IMG/VR virus record: IMGVR_UViG_3300005613_000005
Coordinates: 1-27,212 of that record
DNA: 27,212 nt
Strand: one strand, 5' to 3'
From: a virus
Taxonomy: Duplodnaviria; Heunggongvirae; Uroviricota; Caudoviricetes
In this document: positions 8,645 to 16,569 of the stretch, piece after piece
How positions within the stretch are numbered: the stretch's first letter is position 1
How the letters are laid out: each line of letters starts with the position of its first letter
The notes under the pieces: generated by a model
Database searches by the model: none
Seen by the model: only the letters and a program-made list of their open reading frames with translations
Told to the model about the DNA's origin: nothing
Translations under genes and position numbers: made by a program

Positions 8645-11600
8645 TTACGCTATACTAATATCACTAGTTTCAATGAACGCTTTCTCGATATCATCGATAG
8701 ATATCCTTTCGGTACTAGGATCAGGAATATTAAATGTGGCAGCAGCAACACCGCTGACGTCCATTATGGCCGCTATTATCTCAGATAAGATAACATCATT
8801 TCCAACACCTAAACCATTTACGTAGTTGATGATAATAGTTTTTATCTCGTTAGATATCTCTCCTAAGTTAACACCTTCATCAGTGGTTATATCAATGGAC
8901 ATCTCAACTCTTCTAATAAGAGGAGGTAATATCTCGATGACACCACCTACAGCACGACGTCCAGGATAAGTTTCTGAATCAGGCTCATAACCGTCTATGG
9001 TACGCTGAACTGTTCTCAACAATCCTGTGTAATACAAATATCCATCTACACCAGAAACGACCTCAGTCGAGTATCCTAACTTACCAACTGACTGCATCTC
9101 AGATCCGTTAGATTCAGAGAACTTATAAGAGTGATCTGACGGCGTCACGTACACTATCCTTCTAGTATCGTCGAAACTATCTAATATTATATGCTCGACA
9201 CGTCTGTAAGATGAATAAGCATTATCGGCATGTTCTGTGATTATAAAACCAGTAGGATCTACGGACATCAACTTGTTTGTTTCTACAGTACCACTTGCGT
9301 TCAACACACGAACATACGGTTTATAGTCAACACTTGTTCCAAGACCAACTATATCAAATGTTCCAGTATTTGAAACGTTAAACCAACTATTGTTAACTAC
9401 ACTTGAAACATACAGCGAATCATCGGTACGAACACTGTCGCTCTCTAATATCCTAAGATCACCGATTGATTTTAAAACTACGCCCGCGTTCACACCGGTA
9501 ATTTGATTGAATTTAACACCGGTTGAAGAACCTGTAGTGCCACCATATGGACTGCTTAAAGTAACGGATGTTGCTGTAAGTGGATTTCCTGTATTAAAGC
9601 TAGAAACTTGAGCCCATAAAGTCCCACTATCCTCTGCTTTTTTAACAGAGTCACCAACTATCAAGTTTTCAAACGATCCAGCAGCTCCCGTTATCACGAG
9701 CGCGTTCTGAGTCCAAGATACAGCTGTTCCTAAATTATTAAAAGGTATGTTATTTAAGTTAACTTCTTCAGCCGCATTAGTGTTTTCATATATCAAACTG
9801 ATATTATCAACACCGCGCACCCTAAAACTACCGTTGTTATTCGAGTTAAAAGTTGTTCCACTGATTATCAAGAGATCGTCTATCGCCACACCACAATCCT
9901 TAAAACGAGGTGGAGCACCACCGGCCCACGATAGTCTAACTAAATTTTTAAAGCCAAGTATCTCAACTTTATAACGCGTTCTATCATGATCTATAGTAGA
10001 CGAAAATTGACTATCAGCATCTATAGCCGCCTGCACAACGCCGGCAACCGTAGCCGCATCATCGCCCGTTGCAACGCCCGTAATTTCTACAGCACGGTCA
10101 CAGGCAGAAGCACCAGCCGGAATCCCTGTTCCTGAATCATCAACGTCAAACCAAAAACCGACAGAACCATTTTCATCGTATAATACAAAATATTTAGCAT
10201 CAAGTGAACCAGCTACGTCTGCTACAGTGATAATCTCAGTTACTCTGCGAATATTAGTTCCACCTTCTTGAAAAACACTTACTGTAAAACCAGAATCTCC
10301 AGCACCTGGAGTACCAGCACCACCAACATACTCATTAATGGCCACTACTAAATCTTGATTTTTACGAATTATAGTACCGGTGTCGTAGGTTGCATCAGTA
10401 ATACCAGAAGTTGCATAAGTAAAAGTATTATATCCAGTTACGCCAACAACAGTTCCTATTCCAGAACCTGGATCTGAAGGTAAAGCGTTATTGTTTAATA
10501 ACTCAAAATTATCTCCAACCTTAAGATGATGCGGATCAGTTGTTGTAGCCGTAGATACGTTGGCGACATCTGTCACCGAAACGTTGTTTCTCGCCATATG
10601 AGAAACGTTCCACTCTATTATAGGAGTTGGGCAGATTTCTACTGAACCACTAATTCCTATAGTAGTAGCACTCATTATTTCACCGTACGGGTTAACAATT
10701 TCAAAATATCTGTTTGTATCATCAACGGCGACTATTGGAAATCCAGCAACTTTATCATCACCAGTTCCACTAGACATATTTCCTGCACTCCAACCTGAAA
10801 ACGTACCTGATACAAACAACAAGTCACCAGCAGCAACATCATTTAACGTTGCTCCTGACGTCTGCGTTATTCCCCACACATTGTTGAAGTCAGAATCTAA
10901 TGACAGAGTATTAACTAATTTCTGAATTATATCGTTTACACTATCGCCAGTTGCTATATCAACTTCGATTTGATAGTCAGTTAAGCTATAAGGAACATTG
11001 GCAGCAGGAGGAGTTCCATCAGCATCGATGTCAAACCATATGCCAAACAGTTCATTAGAACCAGGACCATCGATCAAGAAATAATCAGCTTGCGTTGGAA
11101 AATCGCTCAATGTTAAGTTAAACTGCTGTGGATTTGATCCATCGCCAGCATGAACGCTAATAACTTCTAGATTAGTAGCAGTTCCACCAGAATCTGCTCT
11201 GTAATTAGTGGCTGCGTACACATCAGGAGCACCATTACTGTCTGCTGTGATCTGAGCATATGATCCTGAATCAGCATGAGTCCACCTAAAGACAGTTCCT
11301 GTTGGTCTGGCATGTGCTGCTGACACGTCTGTTATAGTTACCTTAACGTACGGAGTAAAATATATGTTTTTCGGATTATACATATAATCGTAGTAGTCAC
11401 CACTTGTATTTACAACGTCGATAGAATCTGTACTTGATAACCGGTTATATCGTGCTGCACCTGCTGAGTTAACAAACTTAACGATATCACCTGGGTTTAT
11501 AGTATCTGGATATGAACGTATTCTTGTTGCCATGAAATTTGAGCCACTTTCACTTATTATTTCAGAATCAGCTATCAACGAGAATGAAGCGCTATTGGCA

Positions 11601-14600
11601 CGTCCGCCAACTACTTCAATTTTTCCACCTGATCCTAGTTCTTCAGAAACTATCTGTACTTTTTTATTGTCTCCAGCGATATTTATGTCAGATACTAATG
11701 GTAACTGTGATAATGCTTTATGTACTAGATGATGTCTGACGTTCTGTATAGTAGTCGGTATCAATTTAAAATATTCGCCGGTTTCTGTATCATCATAGTT
11801 CGGTGTAGTGTCCATCTGATATACGGTTGGTTCAACACCCGGTAACAGTAAAGGGACCTTAAATGTGAAGTTAGGATTAGAGTTTGAAAAGTTAAGTACC
11901 CGATTTTCACTATCGTATAAATTAACATGATCGTGATTGCCGCTTGTAGGATCTGTATCGTGTCCGTACGCAACAGCAGCTGTAGTCTCATCCCTTGTTG
12001 CTAATTCTATAGTTTTAGAATCGTCGCCTATGGCAACAGCAATCATCAGATCTTCAGCGTTTATCGTATCTACTATATCACTCACTGCAGTTCCTTCTAA
12101 AGGAAATATAGTTATCGCTGTTGGAACTGAGATAATCTCATCAGAAGCATTAGATCCGTTAACAGACGTAGCGGTAGTAAAACCAGAAGTACCATTAGAA
12201 GGCGCTGGTCTACCACCGACATTAGCATCAGTAACCGTTATGACGTTGGCTCCTGGTGCTGGTGCTGAAAATTCAGAATCAGCGTTGATAGCAGCGCGAA
12301 CTGCTAGTGCAACGTTGTTGGCACTCATACCAGAGGTGATAGTAGTAACTGCTATTGATCTGTCAGCACCGTGAAGTGGTTCTGCGGTGCCGGTATTATC
12401 AACATCCATCCAGACGGCTACAGAACCGTTCTGATCTTGTAGTACGAAATATTTACCATCAAGAGATGTAGGATCAACACCTGCGACCTGTTCTGTGATA
12501 CTAAAAGCTGTAGTTCCTGCATTACCCTGTGTACTTAATTCATACGCAGTGTGCGTGACATCAAGTTGATCTGTAGTTGCACCAACTGCTGCCGCTGAAA
12601 ATTCAGGATCAGAGCCTATAACAGTTATTAAACGATCTCTAACATTTTCTTCAGTGTCTGCCGCTACGACGGTCGTTATCTCAATGGACCTTGAACATCC
12701 GTGAGCAGGTTCAGCTGTTCCTGAGTCGTCAACGTCTATCCAAAACGCTACTGATCCGTTGGAATCATATAGTTTAAAATATTCACCGTCTAAAGTACCG
12801 CCGTTTTCACCGTTGAGGTCGATACGATCTACACGCTGTGTTCCTGCTCCATCAGCGATAGTAGTTACTGTTGTCACTTCAGCAGCACCAACTCCGGTAG
12901 CTGCGCCATCAGGATTATAGACTTTTATGAATTGGTTAGCCGGAACAGCCCAGTTACCAACCTCTGTTATTATCAATTGCCCGCGGTTGCTGCTAGAAAT
13001 TCCAGAGTTACTGAGAGCGCTGAATACGTCGCCGGCGACTACGCCGTTAGCTGACAGATCACCCGAATTTGTAAAAGTATATTTAAAGATATTACTTCCT
13101 AAATCACTTACAGCTATAGTTGTCGTACCGGTGATCCCAGTTGTTCTACCAGATCCGCTTCCAAAATAATACTTGTAGGTACTTGCTACTGGACTATTTT
13201 CATGCACCGTTGTCGCATCTGTGTCTGGAACAGTTGGATATTCAATTGAAAAGATTATTTTTTCTCCGATTGGTCCAAACTGCGCGGCACGCAGCATCAT
13301 CTTACCGTCACTGCTGGCAACGCCGTTGGCACAGTACCAGTTTCTAGCTCTGAACCACATCTTATAGTCAGCGAACTCCGTGTTCGTTAAGGTTTTGCTC
13401 CACACCGTTGGTGTTCCAAAATCAACACCGATCTCATTGTCAGAGTCGTCGGCGGATAAGGCATAGTTGCTAGGAATAAATGTTCCGCCTTGTGAACCGG
13501 CATTAACACGGCCGGTTCTTGCGATGTTAACGTCAACGGTTTTATTGACTGAATCATCGTCTAATATGGTAACGATACTGTCTTCTGCTGAAAACCGTAA
13601 GTTTTCAACGATTTGAAATTCGTCTCGGGCAATATGCGCCATCGTTGTTGCGGGTTTATTATAGCGAGTTCCTACTCTATCACCAGATAATATCTGCTTT
13701 ATTGCCTTCCATTGTTTTTTATTAGCACCTTTAGTAAAATAGATAGCATCATCATAGTTAACAAATGCATCAGCTAATACATCAGTAGATTCTAGTATCT
13801 CTGCATAGGCATCTATACCTTCTGTACCTATAGTAGCATCAGCTGCTAAATTACCTCGTCTGTCACTGTATACGTATCTATCTAACCACGTATATGTGCT
13901 AGTAGGTGTTGTACGTTTAAACCACGTTATCATCTCACCTTCAGTTTTTCTATTAGCAACGTGCGGAGGATTTCCATCTTCAGACGCGTTTCCTGTAGCA
14001 AACAATAAAGTTGCATTTCCAAGTGATACTGGAATAGCGATACTTCCGCCATCTTCTGTTGTAGAAGTTATCTTAACTTTATTAGTCTTATATATAGACG
14101 CTATCACGTTTTGAGTGTTATCGTTTATAGAATCGATAAGATCTTCGATAGCTTCTGATGCGGGAGTCGTAGCCATCGATCCTAGCCAAATTTGAGGATA
14201 AGCGTCAGCGTAGAACGCTTGCATATCTTCGGGGGCTAAAACTGAGATAGGACCTTCTGCTGTTATATCATCGTTCAATACTTCTATGTAAGTATCTGTT
14301 CCCGCACTTGTGTGGTTACCTTTTGCAACAACTTTAAACAGGCCTGTATTGCTGTTACTTAACCAAGAGCTTGTGCGCGATGCGATGTAGATGTAATCGT
14401 GTGTCGTAGCATGCACGTTTCTGAAAGTTGATATTGAACTTGACATTATCCTCATCACGCCGTCACCTTGATCTGATATCGTGATGGTTGATCCAACCGC
14501 GGCTAGACCACTGGAACGAACTATAACTTCATCAGCGTCTGCTACTATGACCAACGTTGCTGGTGTTCCGTTCGCATCTGCAGACACGTTAAAATTACCT

Positions 14601-16519
14601 GTTGTAGTAGCTTCTGATATTATAGCTCCTTTAGCATCGTCAGTTCCCGCAGATATGGTATCATCTTCTGCTATATCGGTGAGTATCTTTATGTTTCCGT
14701 TCTGTCTATTAAGTTCAAAATTAGAACTTTGTCCTTCTGCTTCAATATCTAAGTCAGAAAACCATATGTTAAGTAAGTCACCACCTAAAATTTCAAGTGA
14801 TGAATTATCACCTATTTGATTAGACGATATACGCATTGCTCCAGATGACAGAGCAGAAGCTGTGATACCGGCAAATTTACTGTTAAACGCTGTTACCCAA
14901 TCACTCAACGTCAACGCGTTCCATGATGCAGCACCAAAATCTGTTAAAGTAAAAGTCTGATCTTGAGCAGGTGTTCCATCAACAGAGATCACCACGTTAC
15001 TGTCACTATTGACTCCCCAAGTTGAAAATATCGTGGTTATCAAAGTAGCGGCCTTTTCTTGTTCTTTAAGCAACGTATTGTTTTGATACAGTTTAATATA
15101 TGAAAATTCATTTGTCGGAAATTTTAATATTGAATTGGCATATAATGATGCGTTTTCTGTACTACTTCTAGGAGGAACTTGTATTATCTCAGCGTCGTAC
15201 GCAACAGGATAAATAAGTAAACGTGTTGAATTCGTCGTCATGCGAATCTTAAACAGCGTTGATTGATCGTTAACCATGGTAACTATTTCAGGTAAGGTAG
15301 CGGCTGCTATGTTAGCAAAATCACTAGAACTAAAAGAGATCGTTTCTTCATCGTCATCTACACGGATCCTCAATGTCATACCATCTGTTAACTCATAAGG
15401 ACCATCGGCCGCGTTTACGACCTGAGGTCTTGGCAGTGGGTAGTTGGCTAATTGAAGATATTCTTCAGTACCTGAAGCATTGGCTAATAAGGTATCTACT
15501 GATTGCCCTACGTATGATGGCTCAAACCCACCGCCATCGTCAATGTATATAATAGAAGGCTCGCCAACCGTTACTGGTTCGGCGATAACAGCCGAGGCTA
15601 CTTGTTTATTGTCGTCGATGTCAGACACACCGACGATAGCAGCTAATATAGCAGACCGTGTTCCTCTAGCTAACGTACTTGAATATGATTTTATCCTTTC
15701 GCGCAGTTCAAAATCCGATTCCATATCGCGACCATTTGTCAACGGTACAGAATTGGTTATTGTAGCAGTAGGAAAAGGTAAAGTTGTAAAGTTAGTAATA
15801 GTATTAATACCAGCATTACCTTGTGTTCCAGCCTTTAATGCTATAATTTCTACGTTGTCAACGTGATCATCACCAGCTGGTATGACTGCATCACGAAGTG
15901 TATTATATTTGACGGCTGGCGATTGGTTATTTGCGGGTATGTTAATTTCTGTACCTGCTGATATCAATCTATCTGTTGTTCCTTGAGCATCGACAACACG
16001 TTCAGAAATTAAATGATCTTTTTCAAGCGCTGATGAAAGTTGAATACTGTAATAAGTAACATGGTTAGTTATTGAGGTATACGATATTGGTCCTTCAAAA
16101 TTAGCAGTTTCTTGTCCTATATATAATGTTCCGGTAGGTTCCCAATCAGAGGCGTTATTAACATATAATACGGTTGATCCAGCAATAGGAGCTGGTTTAA
16201 TAGGAAACAATGTTGTACTTCGTTTTGTTATACTAGAATCACTGATAGTAACAAAACCTGATGCTCTTATAGCATTTATTCTTTCAAGACCAAAGTCAGC
16301 AGCTCTAGTATCTAGATCAGCATTTTTAAGCATATCAATATTTAATAACTCTAAAATACTTAAAATAGCTACGTTATTATCAAAGTCGTTTTGTGCACAG
16401 GCCTCTAATAATGTTAATAACGCTGATCCAGTATTAATATCGTTAAGCACTGATTCGGCAATCACTTTCCGAATCATGTTTCCTAACATCTGGTTATATG
16501 ATTTAATTTCAATGCTCAT
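8645..16519 (-). CDS. Giant baseplate J-like wedge protein (P2 gpJ / Mu gp47 / T4 gp6 family) with ~2200-aa modular insertion (2624 aa)
   Basis: J-type N-terminus (KSYNQML..MI......D.N.GS..TLLEA.A...LD..AADFGL.R..A..A.G.VT), J core (ESDFELRERIK.Y...L.RGT..AI..A...V) at ~15530-15725, and J C-terminus (V..SI.IT.D.GVNL.EI..EIK..I.NY+N.LGVG.DVI.SEIIAAI..V.GV) at ~8650-8925. It follows the gp25-like gene. Confidence 0.9.
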   Translation of the reverse strand: MSIEIKSYNQMLGNMIRKVIAESVLNDINTGSALLTLLEACAQNDFDNNVAILSILELLNIDMLKNADLDTRAADFGLERINAIRASGFVTISDSSITKRSTTLFPIKPAPIAGSTVLYVNNASDWEPTGTLYIGQETANFEGPISYTSITNHVTYYSIQLSSALEKDHLISERVVDAQGTTDRLISAGTEINIPANNQSPAVKYNTLRDAVIPAGDDHVDNVEIIALKAGTQGNAGINTITNFTTLPFPTATITNSVPLTNGRDMESDFELRERIKSYSSTLARGTRSAILAAIVGVSDIDDNKQVASAVIAEPVTVGEPSIIYIDDGGGFEPSYVGQSVDTLLANASGTEEYLQLANYPLPRPQVVNAADGPYELTDGMTLRIRVDDDEETISFSSSDFANIAAATLPEIVTMVNDQSTLFKIRMTTNSTRLLIYPVAYDAEIIQVPPRSSTENASLYANSILKFPTNEFSYIKLYQNNTLLKEQEKAATLITTIFSTWGVNSDSNVVISVDGTPAQDQTFTLTDFGAASWNALTLSDWVTAFNSKFAGITASALSSGAMRISSNQIGDNSSLEILGGDLLNIWFSDLDIEAEGQSSNFELNRQNGNIKILTDIAEDDTISAGTDDAKGAIISEATTTGNFNVSADANGTPATLVIVADADEVIVRSSGLAAVGSTITISDQGDGVMRIMSSSISTFRNVHATTHDYIYIASRTSSWLSNSNTGLFKVVAKGNHTSAGTDTYIEVLNDDITAEGPISVLAPEDMQAFYADAYPQIWLGSMATTPASEAIEDLIDSINDNTQNVIASIYKTNKVKITSTTEDGGSIAIPVSLGNATLLFATGNASEDGNPPHVANRKTEGEMITWFKRTTPTSTYTWLDRYVYSDRRGNLAADATIGTEGIDAYAEILESTDVLADAFVNYDDAIYFTKGANKKQWKAIKQILSGDRVGTRYNKPATTMAHIARDEFQIVENLRFSAEDSIVTILDDDSVNKTVDVNIARTGRVNAGSQGGTFIPSNYALSADDSDNEIGVDFGTPTVWSKTLTNTEFADYKMWFRARNWYCANGVASSDGKMMLRAAQFGPIGEKIIFSIEYPTVPDTDATTVHENSPVASTYKYYFGSGSGRTTGITGTTTIAVSDLGSNIFKYTFTNSGDLSANGVVAGDVFSALSNSGISSSNRGQLIITEVGNWAVPANQFIKVYNPDGAATGVGAAEVTTVTTIADGAGTQRVDRIDLNGENGGTLDGEYFKLYDSNGSVAFWIDVDDSGTAEPAHGCSRSIEITTVVAADTEENVRDRLITVIGSDPEFSAAAVGATTDQLDVTHTAYELSTQGNAGTTAFSITEQVAGVDPTSLDGKYFVLQDQNGSVAVWMDVDNTGTAEPLHGADRSIAVTTITSGMSANNVALAVRAAINADSEFSAPAPGANVITVTDANVGGRPAPSNGTSGFTTATSVNGSNASDEIISVPTAITIFPLEGTAVSDIVDTINAEDLMIAVAIGDDSKTIELATRDETTAAVAYGHDTDPTSGNHDHVNLYDSENRVLNFSNSNPNFTFKVPLLLPGVEPTVYQMDTTPNYDDTETGEYFKLIPTTIQNVRHHLVHKALSQLPLVSDINIAGDNKKVQIVSEELGSGGKIEVVGGRANSASFSLIADSEIISESGSNFMATRIRSYPDTINPGDIVKFVNSAGAARYNRLSSTDSIDVVNTSGDYYDYMYNPKNIYFTPYVKVTITDVSAAHARPTGTVFRWTHADSGSYAQITADSNGAPDVYAATNYRADSGGTATNLEVISVHAGDGSNPQQFNLTLSDFPTQADYFLIDGPGSNELFGIWFDIDADGTPPAANVPYSLTDYQIEVDIATGDSVNDIIQKLVNTLSLDSDFNNVWGITQTSGATLNDVAAGDLLFVSGTFSGWSAGNMSSGTGDDKVAGFPIVAVDDTNRYFEIVNPYGEIMSATTIGISGSVEICPTPIIEWNVSHMARNNVSVTDVANVSTATTTDPHHLKVGDNFELLNNNALPSDPGSGIGTVVGVTGYNTFTYATSGITDATYDTGTIIRKNQDLVVAINEYVGGAGTPGAGDSGFTVSVFQEGGTNIRRVTEIITVADVAGSLDAKYFVLYDENGSVGFWFDVDDSGTGIPAGASACDRAVEITGVATGDDAATVAGVVQAAIDADSQFSSTIDHDRTRYKVEILGFKNLVRLSWAGGAPPRFKDCGVAIDDLLIISGTTFNSNNNGSFRVRGVDNISLIYENTNAAEEVNLNNIPFNNLGTAVSWTQNALVITGAAGSFENLIVGDSVKKAEDSGTLWAQVSSFNTGNPLTATSVTLSSPYGGTTGSSTGVKFNQITGVNAGVVLKSIGDLRILESDSVRTDDSLYVSSVVNNSWFNVSNTGTFDIVGLGTSVDYKPYVRVLNASGTVETNKLMSVDPTGFIITEHADNAYSSYRRVEHIILDSFDDTRRIVYVTPSDHSYKFSESNGSEMQSVGKLGYSTEVVSGVDGYLYYTGLLRTVQRTIDGYEPDSETYPGRRAVGGVIEILPPLIRRVEMSIDITTDEGVNLGEISNEIKTIIINYVNGLGVGNDVILSEIIAAIMDVSGVAAATFNIPDPSTERISIDDIEKAFIETSDISIA
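9995..12793 (-). repeat. Four copies of a ~72-aa protein repeat inside the J protein (approx. 12580-12793, 12248-12463, 10884-11100, 9995-10204)
   Basis: LDGEYFKLYDSNGSVAFWIDVDDSGT / LDGKYFVLQDQNGSVAVWMDVDNTGT / ADYFLIDGPGSNELFGIWFDIDADGT / LDAKYFVLYDENGSVGFWFDVDDSGT, each followed by I.+..+..G..A..V...+..AI..DS.F. Confidence 0.9.
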
Positions 16520-16569
16520 ATTTATTCCTATCTAGTATAAGTTTCGCCTTATTACTACATTTTACTTAC

